This document shows, one piece after another, positions 25,990 through 39,300 of a stretch of DNA of 64,000 nucleotides. The DNA lies in contig CM041465.1 in the NCBI GenBank assembly GCA_023213395.1, positions 78,871,741 through 78,935,740 on the forward strand, given 5' to 3'. Position numbers and translations under genes: made by a program. Source of the DNA: Cycas panzhihuaensis. Its lineage: Eukaryota > Plantae > Cycadophyta. The notes under the pieces are model-generated. The model saw nothing but the letters and a program-made list of their open reading frames with translations. It did not search any database and had not been told where the DNA came from. Each line of letters starts with the position of its first letter. Position 1 is the stretch's first letter.

Positions 25990-26340
25990 AATTAGTATTT
26001 GTAGTAGTTTTTATCGAATGATTGTGGTTTTTATCAATTTTTATTGCAGTTTTTATTGACTTTGAACATGGTTTTTATGATGCCTACATGTTTCCTCTAA
26101 AACTGCAATGACTCATACTAGTTTTTATATGAAAACACGATGATTCATTGTAGTTTTATTTAAAATCGCAATCAATTTCATCAAATGCTCATCATAAATA
26201 TTATCGTAGTTTTTAGTAGAAGTCATCACTATTTTTAGAAAAGTTATTCGTGGTTTTTACTAGTTGTCATAATTTTTACAAATAATCATCGTGATTTTCG
26301 CCAATCATTGTGGTTTTTGTTGGTCATCACATGTTTTACA
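25990..26340. repeat. Degenerate array of short GTGGTTTTTA/GTAGTTTTTA motifs in both orientations
   Basis: About ten or more variants visible by eye; resembles subterminal repeats of DNA transposons. No terminal inverted repeat was found. Confidence 0.5.
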
Positions 26341-28461
26341 TGGTGCATGTCAAACTTGAAAAATTGGCCATTTTCTCATGTGTTAAATATTTTGAAGGGA
26401 TTTCTTAGTCAATACGATCGGCCAGAAACTATTGGCACCCATAGTTTTGTAAAACTATGGGCCAAACTTGGCCTATAGGTTGATTTAATAAGTTCGGTGT
26501 GGAGTCAAAAAAAATTTCAAGCATAGAACCTCTACCAATTTGCATTCTGAGTTCATTTTGGCCCATTTTTGCATAGATAGAGTTGTGGAGTATAGGGTAG
26601 AGATTTTATATATTGCCAATTTGCCATCCTTTGAGCATTTTGAGTTGATCTTTGCATGGTTTCTGCCTCCATTTTACTTATTTCCCTTCCATATTTCCTA
26701 TCTAGCTTGATTTTGTTGGTTGGAATTGTTTCATTTCATCATTTTCTTGACTGTCTACTCTATTTCCTCCATGTTGATCGATCAATTGGGTAAAAGTAGA
26801 CTGGCATTCAAGAGCAAATCTAAGCCTACTTACAAAACAAAAGGTATATATGCACGTTTTATGTTTTGTGATGATCTAACTACTAAAATTGTTTGTTTTA
26901 TGATTTTGTACCATTGAAATTACTTCTTTTTCAGCTCTTCCTTTTCTGGATAAGCTAAAGTTTGATTTCATTTCTAAATAAGCTTCATTTGCTACAAGGT
27001 TATACTTCTATTTGTTTGAGTTGTTGTCTTCTAATCTTAATTTGTGCAAGTTTCAAAGACAACAAGACCTGATTTTAACACTTCATTCTATTTCCAGAGC
27101 ACGATTTTTGCAACTTCCCAAGCTCGTCTCACCTGCTTCAACGTGCTAAATCTTCCTCCATAAGATATAACATATCTTAGCTCACTTTTTCTTAGAAATT
27201 TCTCCAGTTAGAACATTGTGCTTCTAAATTTTCTAAGATTCATTGATTCATTATCTCATTTGGTTTAGAGTTTAATCATCTATTTGGCAAGATTGGAGTT
27301 TAACTTATAGGTTTGTAGGAATTTCATGAGGTGCAGCAAAAATGTTGTTAGAAATTCCACAAATCTGATGAATTTGGGAATCTAGATTTCATTTCAAGTT
27401 TTGTAGGCAATTTCATAGTTAGTTTTCAAGTTTGTTTTTTAATTCCTTTCATTATTGCTTTTGTTTCTTGCTAACCTGTCTCATGAAAAAAGAGAAGTGA
27501 TCTATTATGAAGTTGAAGGATAATATAAAACTAATTTGTCATCCCTAAACAAGGAGCTTTCTTTAGGTACAAAAGTCCTTTTGCTATAATCCCTATAATT
27601 TGGTTATTTACTTATTTCCTTTCAAGCGAAAAAAAGAAAACGAAAAATGTCTTTTTACTGAAAGTTAGAGTTAATTGTAATATCCATAAGTTCCCAGATT
27701 TATTTGTTGTGTGTGGTATTTAATTTTCTTCCTACCTTCATGTGTGCAAAACAAATAAGTAGTCTGGTGAGTTTCTTTTTCTAATATAGGTTGTTTGTTA
27801 CCTTCATACAATCAAGAAAAAAAAAAGAAAGGAAAAGGAAGAGCATATAGCTGTACATAGGCATTTGTTGATTACTTCTTTAGACCCACTAAGGCACTCG
27901 CTTAGTTGAAGGAGGGGCTAGTCTACACACCAAATTTTATTACCAAATGTAGCATTGGTCTTGCACCCAAGGTGAAGCTTATTTGCCATTTTTGAGCACT
28001 AAACAAGACAGACAACTATCCCTTGATCACGTGCAGTTGGGAGAGCTAAGGCATCACCTTCGATCCGTTATTGAGATTTGGTTCTTCTCTCTCTTTCTTT
28101 AGCTAGAGTTTGGTTATTTAAAACTAGATGTGAGCAATGCCTGAGATCCCACACATAAAAGGTTTGGGGTGGTATCATTAGCCTACAAGCATTTGATTGT
28201 CATATCAATCTTTAATCCAAGGTCTATTAGTCCTTAATCCAAGCTCCAATTCCAAACAACTCTTCTCCACATCAGTCACCCTCTCTAGTTTTTTTTTGAT
28301 ATGGTAAAAAAATGAAGGGGTTTTAAAAAGGGCCCCAACCCTATTACATAAGCTGCCTTATAACTATCAGATTTGCCATGACAAGCCCAAGGCCTAGCTA
28401 ACTTCTACCCTCCAAAACCCTATCTAACCCATCCCTGCCACGACAAGCCCAGTGGCTAGCT

Positions 28462-31400
28462 CTAATCCCCCACATGGGGAATAACTTCCATATCTTTCCT
28501 AACCAGACTCAAAATCTCTTCTAAGACTTCCTCTTTCCATACCCAGTTAATCTTATGAGTTACTCCCCAATTAGCCAATTTATTGGCTACACCATTCCCT
28601 TCTTTGAAAGTGTGACACACCTGAGCACTCTCTCTGCCCTTTAGTGCTTCTTGAGCATCTCTAATCATACCTACATCTTTCCAGTCAATTTCTACCTCTC
28701 CTCTAAGCATATTTATCACATTTAACGAGTCCCCTTCTATAATCACCTTATCACAACCTTCCTCTAAGGCCATTTCCATCGCCCTTTGCATAGCTTTTAA
28801 CTCCGCCCTGTGGTTTGTTTACTACCTATAATACACCACAAAAGCCAACATGACTCCCCCTTTCGAATTTCTGCAAATACCATTGCCTCTAGCCTCACCT
28901 AGATTACCTTTTGACTCCCCATAAAAATTAATTTTTACCCAATTTTCTCGGGGAGGAATCCAGGTGCATTGTCTTCTCATTCCCATGGTAACTTTGGGTT
29001 CCCTTATCCCCTAGTTCTCCAATATAATTCCTTCCGATTATAGTATGAATTTCTCTTCTTTGATATTAATTGTCTCCACCATCACAACACAGTTGATCCC
29101 ACGGAGCCTAACTTCATCCATCTCCTTCTCCTGAAATATTCTTCTGTTTCTATCCTTCTATAAATTCCACATCATCATTGGCAGAGAGTTTTGCCAAAGA
29201 TACACCAAAATCCTACTCCTAAAAGGACTTTTCCAAGTCATCACCTGTTCTTTGATTGTTCTAGGGAACACCCACTCCATACCAAATTTGGCCCAGATAA
29301 GCTTCCAAATGTTCCTGGAGTAAGAGTAATGAAGGATGATGTGGTCTGTTGACTTCTTAGCCTCCCTGCATAACACACATCTATTAGCCATCATGAAGCC
29401 CCTCTTCCACAAATTATCCACAGTTAGAATTTTATTCCTTAAGCACAACCACCAAAAAACCACCACTTTGGGGATCAAGCCCATTTTCCACACTCCCTCC
29501 AATAAGGGGTTCCTAAGCCCCCCCCCCCTTCTTAGCATATAAAAAGATACCCTTGTTTCATCGTATAATCTCTAGATGGAGAAAGAGGCCAAACTATAGA
29601 ATCAACCTTAGCTATTTTTGGGATATAACATTAAGCTATCTCTTTTTTTAGGACTTCTATATAATCCCTTATGCCTTGATCCCCTTGTAGATCCTCAAAC
29701 GTTCTCCATCTCCTGGTCTGATCTTAACCCACCCAGTAATCCTTGACCTTCTCTCCATAAGTTCTTTCACAGAGGTCTTGCAAGGGACCCATATCTGTCC
29801 TCCTTTTCAGCTAATATGACCACACCACATGTCTTCCCGAAAATTTATAGTTGCTCAATCCCCCAACTTCCATTGCACTACTGAAGCAAGCATCTATCTC
29901 GATTGAAACATACTTCTCCATATTGGGGATTCGGAGGAGACTACAATATCATCCTTTAAAAATTTCTTTCCTCGAAGATATTTTTCGGATATAATTCTTT
30001 CCCACAACCCTCCTTCTTTCTTAGCCAATCAACACCATAATTTTGCCACTAGGGCACTGTTAAAAGAAGCCAATCTTTGAATATTTAAACCGGCTACCCA
30101 TTTTGGGAGGTAGATTTTCTCCCACACCACTAGGTGAATCCTATCCTTCTCCTCAACCCCAAACCAGAGGAATCTTTTCTAAATGGATTCCAAAGTCGAT
30201 ATGACTTTAATCGGGATCCTAAATATTGACATCATGTACACTAAAATACTCTAGAGCGAGGCAGAAAGCTACTGGACTTTACCCGCCTGACTTAGAAAGG
30301 AGCCCTTCCACCCGGCTAGCTTCCTCTGCATCCGATCAATGATTGGATTCCGAAGCTCCTTCGACATCTTCCCTATGAATAGGGGCATCCCTAAATAAAT
30401 AGAAGGTAGTTTTCGGATAGGCATTTCCAAGATCCTATTGATCTTTCTTTGCATCCTTTCTTTGGTATTTACAAAAAAGACACTACTCTTATTCAAATTT
30501 ATCTTATGATTCGTAGCTCTCTCGAACCTCTCAAGACCTCCTTTAATAGCCTGAGCTTCACCTAGGGCAGGCTTCCCTAACAAGATATTATCTTCGACGA
30601 ATCGGTGATGGACGGTATTAGCAATACCAAAGGTGGGCTTAATCCCTTTTACCACACCCTTTCTCCTAGACTCCTCCGTCGCTCTCCCTAGTAACTCTGC
30701 CATGATTATAAATAGATAAGGGGATAGAGGATCCCTTTGTCACAACCCTCTAAACCCAAGAAAAAAACTCGTCAAGGTGCCATCAATTAAAACCAAGTAA
30801 TGGGGCTTAGAAATACAACTAGCCACCCACTCCCTCCATACGTCTCCGAAGCTAAACGCTTGGAGACATTCCATTAAATAGTCCTATGACACCCTATCAT
30901 ATGCTTTAGATAGATCAATCTTAACAATCATCCCTGGTTCCTTCCTTTGATAGGCAGTATGGATCATCTCATGGATAACTATGATGCCATCCAAGATGTG
31001 GCTCCCTTTCATGAATCCATCTTGATTAGGAGAAATAATCAAGGGAAGAATCTTCTTTAGTCTATTAGCCAACACTTTTGCCAGGATCTTATATTTCACA
31101 TTACAGAGGCTAATTGGTCTAAATTCCTCTATCAGCTTCACCCCCTCCTTTTTAGGAATCAACACTAGAAAAGTGGCTTGCCACTCCCCCAACATTTTTC
31201 GGTTCTCATGGAACTCGCCCAGAGCCTTCATTAAATCCTCCTTTATAATGTCCTATTAATTCTGGAAGAAACCTGGGGGAGAGCCATCCGGGCCTTGTGC
31301 TTTATCCCTTTTCATCCCGAAGATTGCCTTTTTCACTTCCTCTAGAGTGGATGGCTCCTTTAAAAGCCTATTCTGCTTGTCATCCACCAACTTGGGGATT

Positions 31401-32682
31401 AAGTTCATAAACTCCCCCCTGGTCATAGCATCTTAACAGCCAGGCTCTTCAAATAAATCCTTGAAATACTCTGTTGCTATATTCTTAATTTCTTCCTCCA
31501 CACTAGTTTCCTCTCCTTCTTTGCTGTACAACTTATTTATTTATTCAGTTACAGGCCCTATGCTTTAAGGTCATCATATGGAAGAACTTTGTATTCCTAT
31601 CCCCCTCTTCTAGCCAGAGGGCCCTCGACTTTTGCCTCCAGAAAATTTCTTCCTTAATGAGGACTTCCTCAAATTTTCTTAAGAGATTTCTCTTAGATTG
31701 ATCCAAGATCTGAGATCTTCCTTCCTCTTGGATCCTCGCCTCAATGTCTTTCAACTCCCTAACTATTTGATCCTTGACCTCAAAAGTATTCCCATGAACG
31801 TTTTTATTCCACTCTTTCACCTATCTTTTCACCTAATACAATTTTTTCGAAAACTTGTACATAGAACATCCCTCTATCAAAATCTTCCACCACTCATCAA
31901 TCAGGTCCCTAAGATTTGGATGCTTTGTCCACATTAGTTCAAACCGGAAAAGGGTGCCCATATGTTTCTTTGTGACATCAAAGTCTAACAGCAAAGGGGA
32001 GTGATCTGAGGCCACCTTAGGAAGATCTTCCAGCCTAATATCATTATGATGGCTGGCCCATACATAGTTTATCATCACCCTATCTAGCTTTACTTGAATA
32101 TGGTGATTCCCCGGTCTCCTGTTTAACCAGGTATATTTTTCCCCCTAAGATGAACATCCATCATACCCGCTTTTTGGAGAAAGTCTCCCAAGTCCATCAT
32201 GCTCTTCGTTCACCCCTCTTGTCCCCCTTTATCCTCTCCGGGGGATAGGGTAGCATTAAAATCGCCAGCAACTAGCCAAGGGCCCTACCAGTCTTTATGG
32301 AGCTCCAGTATTTTATCCCAGAGGATTTTCCTGCCTTCCACAGATATGGGGGCATATACATTAGTTGCCAACCATCGAAGGTTTGTCTTTCTACAAGTTA
32401 TCCATATGGAGATGAAATGATCATCGAGAACATAGACCTCTCCTTGTCGTTCCTTCAGATTCTAGAGAACAGCCAGCCCCCCCCTGATCCTAGATGGCCA
32501 CCGTTCGCTTCCATCTCCACTATCCTCCAGATCTTATTTTTGACTGCTATCCTATTATCCATTTCCAATTTGGTTTCCTGTAGCAAGATTATATCTGGTT
32601 CTAGTCTCATAAGTAGTTCTTTCACTGCTCTCTACTTTTAGGGGACATTTATGCCCCTAATATTCCATGATGCAATCTTCAT
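28462..32682 (-). pseudogene. LINE ORF2: AP endonuclease, reverse transcriptase, zf-RVT, RNase H
   Basis: MKIASWNIRG start; SDHSPLLL; FRPISLCNVKYKILAK; KIDLSKAYDRV; YLGMPLF; NRCVLC..STDHIIL; IEGDSLNVI..HTFKEGNGVANKLA. Multiple stops. Confidence 0.9.
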
Positions 32683-32689
32683 CTTTAAC

Positions 32690-33960
32690 ACCTTAACCTT
32701 GGGCCCTCTCTTCTTCCCTCTTAAGCCCGATCTTCATCTTTTACTCCTTAATCTTGTCCCCTTGCCCCGCCCCCCTCCCTTAGGATATGATAACTGCCCT
32801 GGTCAATTTGGAGAGCCGCCTCCCTTTCCCTAACCATCTTTAGGGTAAGTCTACCTATCCTTTTTCCCTCCCCAGGTCTGGGCCTCTATGCTGGCCTATC
32901 CCCCTTTGCTCCTCCTAAGGATCCTTCTCCCTAATTTTCCATATCCATTTAGCATTCCCCAACCCTTCCTGCCTTCCCAAAGCTGTGAGCCCAACCTCTG
33001 ACTGAGGCACTTCCTGAACCGCTCGAAGATCATAACTTTCTCCCCCTTCCTCCTTTTCCTCTTCTATAGGTTCTTGGTTGCCCTCTTTCATTCTCTTTTC
33101 CTGGCGAGACTAGTCTCCTTCCTTGAATAGGGTATCCTTAATGTCCAAATTGATATCCTTGGTCACACCTATTACCCCCTCATTCTCCTTACGGGTGCAG
33201 TCTTGCCTGAGATCCTGAATCTTCTCAACTTCTTGCTCCCCTTCCCCAACAGTCTCCTGTAGGGAGCCAATGTTCCTTTCATGTCGAAACTGTTTACAAA
33301 CTGAACACCTTACATTATCCAGTTCATAAACTAGACTTTGATCCTTGCTCCAATCTTCGGTTTTGATTCTCACCCGTTCTAGGAGGGTTTTATCTAGTCT
33401 TGCTAGCACACAAAATCTGGCATTTATCAGCCTGCTTCGGTTCTTGGTAGTTGAATCAATGGATAGTAAAGGTTCAATGGCTTTTGCCACCCCCTTTATC
33501 ACATCTAAATCCTACACCTGAAGAGTAAGCCCTAATATTTTGACCCATATTGGAGCCTATTTTATTATTGGCATCGTTAGATCAAAATCCATGTGCCATT
33601 TCTCTAAAAATAATGCATTCCTACCCATAACCCATGGTGATTTTAGGAGGATACTGATCATGTCTTCCTGATTTGTAAATTTAAACAAGACACACCCCCT
33701 GGGTAATGCCATAACTTCCACTGGGTTTCTGATCTTCCATCTATTCACTAGTCATTTCCTTATGACATCCAAGACGGGCCTTGGTCCTGAAAATCTACCT
33801 GCCAAGCTATTCTCCCAGTACTTCTCAATTCACTCAGTAAGTTTCTTTGAGATGGGGATTTTGATTGTTTCATCTTGTATGATAGGGTTTATATCACAAG
33901 AATCTGATTCTCCATTTTTTAGGGCATCCAGATATGTTCTCCTCGAAAGGATAGTTTGAA
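32690..33960 (-). pseudogene. LINE ORF1 (DUF4283-like RRM plus zinc knuckle)
   Basis: LFKFTNQEDM..SPWVMGRNALFLEKW; ARFCV..LVYE..RCSVCKQFRH. Confidence 0.8.
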
Positions 33961-36228
33961 TCTGGTTTAGGGATATTGTTTCTATGTTCGCTATCACAAA
34001 ATTTTGAAAAAAACAAAATAAGTAGCAAGCTTTCCTAATCCAATCAGACCAACTAATACCATACTGCCAGTGGTAATTGGGCTACTCACCTGAGTCAAGG
34101 AGTCTACATGCTCTCCTTTCAACATATCCCCCACACCTCCATCATGCACACAACTGCAATCCAAACTGTCTCCCTTTGGGGTCGATACTGCATAAAAATC
34201 TATTAGGTTTTTATCACCTAACTTAATACTTCCGTTTTGTCTCCTAAGTTTCACTGAACCAATGGAGGAAAGTTGCAAAAACTCTTCTGAGAGCCACGGC
34301 CTCCTATTCCATTAACAGACTCCTTTCGTCCATGGGAGAGAGATCTAACTCTTGCTACTTCGTTCCATACTCTTCCCATCCTTAGGCTAAGCGATCCCTC
34401 CATAATTTCTGCTCCATCCCCAACTAGAGCTTGTCTGCCCACGATCTCCCATCTAGTAAACCCTAGCCACCACCACCTGCTTTCATCACCTTCCGTTGCC
34501 TCACGCATCCAAGATCTCCATCAAGCCCTAGATTATCCCTTAGCTTAGGACTTCTACTTCATCTACTCCCAGTCGCCCTCTCTAGTTGTTCCTTGGTAGA
34601 CCAACCCCTTTTTTCAACATAATCAACCTATAGTTGGGGTTAGCATAGTTGTTCCTAGTCTAGGGTTAGGCTCTAGGATCTCAAATTAGTCTGAGGGCCC
34701 ACATGCTTTGGAGATTCTCCTAATTCTTAGGAGCCTTATCTATATGCTATTTGCCGCTTTAGATGGTACTGGTTAGCCAATTAAGTTGGTTGTCTCTTTT
34801 AAGCATGCTACATATTTATTTTTTCTCATGGTAGGAATGCATCCAACCCTATACCATCTCTTATGTAGTGGATCTACTATTCACTACCCAAATTAAAAGG
34901 TAATTTTGATAAATATTTTGAATTGAATTAAATGTGATATCTTTACATGAATTTCGAGGTTGTATTTATACTAATGAGGCACCCCTTATGAGAAGTCACA
35001 ACTATTGATAACTAGCTTATTAATATTGATTAATGGGTTGCAAGGCTTGCAACAAGCCCCTCCCCTTTCAAAATGCTTTTCCCTCAAAGCAAGGGGAGTC
35101 TTCAGAAAACTTCATATCACCACCTTTTGCTACTATTAAGATGTCTTAAGCGGTCCTTTTATCCTTAAGTCAATATGTAAAAATTGTTACTTTAAAATTT
35201 ATTGGCGAGAAGTGATGTGGGACATAAATTATTTTTGCTAAATAATTCAAGATGTCAAGAGGGTGTGACTTCATTAGTTGACTATCTCCATTGAAAGGGT
35301 GTGGTCCCATAGCATGACAAATTAGACTCATAAAAGTGGGGATCCAAATGCTCCTATAAAGTATATAATGGTGAATTCTCCTTTTGGAGAATCATATTAT
35401 CATTCTCATATTATATGGGATGATCTCGGTTTTTCTCAATATGCCAAGTTTACGAGTGTTGTGCTTGACCATTGCAAGATTGTGGATTTCAGGGGGAAGA
35501 ATGTCAACATTGTCACTCAAAATTTCACCTTGGGTAGGAGGAGTGTCCATCTTATCATTCAAATATTCTTCTCATACTGTAGGTGGCAAATTGCATTTCT
35601 TTTAGAAATCTGGTTCTAATGGGGACATACTATCATTAATTGAAGATATAGATGAAGAAAGGTCCTCAATATCCTCTTTAAAATTTTGTGAAAGTGGAAA
35701 ATTAGCCCAGTCATTGTTGCCTCCATGGTTGTTGTGAGACTTGGGAATTTTTGGTCCATGGTCATCTTGTTCTAATACAAGCATTTGGAGGATGTCATTT
35801 GTCTGTTTCATCCATAGTTCAATAGCTTCAAGACAAGCATTAAGGTCACTGTTGAAGTCTCCTTTAATTGCTATTATTAAGCTAATGTGAAATAGAGTGG
35901 TCACCTCTCTACTATAAACACCATGTTGATTCTAATTGCCACTGCACTCTTGGTATGGTTGTTATGCTCTTGGTGGGACCTCCAATGCAAACAGAAATAT
36001 ATGGGGTGAAGATATGCCCTTGGCCTCCATTGACAGAACATCAAATTGCCTCGATTAACACCAATATACAACCCAAAAATGTGGCTCAAGAATGTTTGTA
36101 ATATGTACGTTATAGTAATATCCAAATCAAGAGGTTTTGCCACAACTTGTTTAAGAATGCCTTGGATTATATACACCTAATAATTTTTTATCTATTATTC
36201 TCCTTGAATATATATACTATGGCAATGC

Positions 36229-36249
36229 GATATATATATATATATATAT
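36229..36249. repeat. (TA)n microsatellite
   Basis: Direct reading. Confidence 0.85.
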
Positions 36250-36323
36250 CTTCTATGGGTGGCAACTGACTTGGAGACCGAGCATACTAGCATGATTATC
36301 TTTGTTGATGTATTTTCCTTGGA

Positions 36324-39300
36324 TGTAGTATTCCAAAATCTAGTTAAAACTATGCCATGTAACCATTTAAATTGAAGGCCTCTGAACAAGGATTCCAATG
36401 GTTTAGATGAAAGTCAATTCCAACATCTCAATCAAAAGTTATGGCCATTTAAAGTTAGCCTACCAGTTTTTGGAGAAGTTTTAGCCGACTTCTATTTGAG
36501 CAGTTTTAAGAAGAATATTACCCAGTCTAGCTGACTTCTAATTAAAGTATTTTGATCGCTATAAATAGGAAGCTTAGGCCACATCCCAAACCATTGTCGG
36601 AGGTTCTTTGGTCACGCATTTTCGGTTCTAGGGCTGCAATTAGCTCGCCCATTTGGGGGCTGCAGTTTGGAGGGTTCCTCGCCTCGAAGAGGGAAGCTCA
36701 CGTCTTCAGGAAAGATAGATACTTTGTTGAAATTTTGCTCTATTTTGGTATTATTTGACAATAAAGACTATTATTTATCATGGATTACGTAATTCCTGTT
36801 CATTGTTCATTTTTCTTGTTGAATAGCATCTAGTTATTGTTTTTGTGGATTATTACTTGTATTTTTGAGGAAAATTACTATAAAAGTAGAACTAGATCGC
36901 TACAAGTGGTATCAGAGCTTCATTTCGAAGGGAAAAGGCAAAGGTAAAAGCACAAAAAAGGTCAAAAAAATTTCCCCCGCCCCCCCAAAGAGAAATAGAA
37001 ACGGAATTGAGATCAGGGAAAAACCTCATTCCCAGGAAGATGGCAGCCCACTCCAGAACCTCACAAGAAAAATTGAAGGCACATCAGAATTAAACCAGAG
37101 CATAAAGGCTTTAACAACCTTAATCCAGGAGTTACTAGCAAAAGCAGAACAAACAACACAGAATGTGTCGGGTGGAGAAATGGATAACAGCAATGCATCG
37201 GGAATAGAACAGATAAATACTTGGAACAATCAAGAAAACCAGGGGAATAGATTTGATGGACGGATTTATGAAAGGAGAACTTCCAACATGGATAATGGAT
37301 GGAAAGGAGCAAGATTATCCTTGGAAAAATTTGATCCTAAAGTATCCAAGAATATCACAAATTGGATCTTACAAATGGAGAACTATTTTAGGGTCTATAA
37401 CGCAACAGGTAAGGAAAAGATGGAAATAACATCCTTACACTTAAACAGAAGGGCATTAAGGTGGTACTATTGGTGGCAAAAGATGAATTTACCAATACAA
37501 CAGACTTGGGAGAATCTAAGAGGAGGACTAATAGAGTAATATGACGATTCTTGGAACACGGATTACTTTGCTCAGTTAACACGATTACATCAACAAGGAA
37601 CAATCCAAGAATATACAGAACAGTTTCAAACACTACAATGTATGGTCTCAAAAAAAATACCGCAAGAATGTTTACTGGAGATTTATATTAGTGGATTGAA
37701 AAATCAGATCAAATTTAGAGTTAAAGCAGTAGATCCACCTCAACTCCAAGTAGCAATTCGGATAGCAAGAAATGTAAAGGCAGAACTTAGAGATGGTAGA
37801 CCAACATATACAAGGACATATGAGCCACCATCATATCAGACCGAGAATCCTAATTGGGCAAAATCAAGAACAAAGGTAGATCCTCCGTTAGCTATAAGAA
37901 ATACAGGAGAAAGCTTAGGAACAACCAAAGAGGAGCATATAAGAAAAGGGACGTGCTTCAAGTGTGGAGGAAAATGGAATAAGGAACACCAGTGCCCAGT
38001 AAAAAAGGTTTTCATGATCAATAATGAGGATGCAGAAATACCAGAAGAAGCAGAGGAAGAAGTAGAACAAGACCAGAGCATAGAGAGGGAAGAAGATGAA
38101 CTTCTGGAAGTGGATACAGGGAATGTCCAAATCTCATTGCAGGCCATTATAGGGCAACAGGTATCCCCACAAACCCTAAGATTCCAAGGACAAATCAAGG
38201 GAACACCAGTATCAATTTTAGTTGATAGTGGGAGTACACATAATTTTATAGACAAGGCATCAGTAGAAAAATTGGGGTTACAAGTGAAACCCCTCAACAC
38301 CTTCCAAGTGTCAATAGCAAATGGGAGAACAACGCCATGTGGAGGATACTGCGGAGATACAACTCTCTAGATTAATGATTACAAGGTCACAACTTGTATG
38401 TTTGCCATGCCTATAGGTGGAGTGGATGCAGTTTTGGGGATTCAATGGCTACAAACGTTGGGAAACATCATTACCAACTATATGACAAGATTTATGTGTT
38501 TCCGACAAAAAGGACGCAAATATCGACTACAAGCCCCAGCCACACCCCCTGTTCAGCTTGTCTCATCTCATAGGATGGGAAAAATTCTAAAGAAGAATCT
38601 GCAGGCGTACATAATGTCATGTTACAAAGTAGAAATAGAAAACATTCCCTCAGAGATTCAGGAAATCTTAGAAAAACATCAAAGAGTTTTTGAAGAACCC
38701 CAAGGACTGCCATCGAAAAGGGAATTAGAGCACGCAATAGACCTTATCCTCGGAGCAATACCAGTCAACATTACTCCATATAGGCATCCTTATCATCTCA
38801 GGAAAGAAATTGAAAAAATCACACAAGAACTGTTACTCTAAGGTGTAGTGGTGAACAGCACGAGTCCATTCGCCTCTCCCGTGGTGGTCAATCTAAAGAA
38901 GGATGGATCTTACAGAATGTGTGTGGATTATCGTGGCCTAAATAAATTGACCATAAAGAATCAATACCCTATCCCAAGGATTGAAGATTTGTTAGATGAG
39001 TTACATGGAGCTCGATACTTTTCAAAGATAGATTTGCGCTCAGGATACTACCAAATAAGGGTCAAAGAAGAAGATGTCTACAAAGCGCATTGAGCATGAA
39101 GGGTTGTTTGAATTCAAGGTTATGCCTTCGACAACAAATGCTCCAGCTACTTTCCAAAGCACAATGAATTCAATATTAAAACATGTTCTAAGGAAATTTG
39201 TGCTGGTTTTCTTTGAAGATATCCTAATCTATAGCAAAACATGGGAAGAACATATGGAACATATAAAGGAAGTTCAACTCATACTTGAGAAAGCGCAACT

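Larger units (their letters stand above)
28291..34569 (-). mobile_element. Full-length decayed L1-type LINE with C-terminal RNase H
   Basis: 18-bp TSD CAGTC(A/G)CCCTCTCTAGTT at 28273-28290 and 34570-34587; short poly(A) tail seen as a T-run at 28289-28297; ORF1 and ORF2 remnants are in order. Confidence 0.93.

Noticed and set aside
27095-27165. Candidate micro-exon (TTCCAG acceptor on plus, CAG/GTGAGA donor on minus)
   Set aside because: Splice-like motifs do not pair on one strand and the peptide is unrecognisable.
27866-34620. Possible 5' LTR of element H split by the LINE (TGTTG at about 27866 to TCAACA at about 34619)
   Set aside because: No partner LTR in the window and no convincing PBS, so it cannot be supported.
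37836-38300. Long antisense ORFs over pol genes (also 14844-15134, 46772-47209, 51843-52247)
   Set aside because: Shadow frames of retrotransposon coding sequence.
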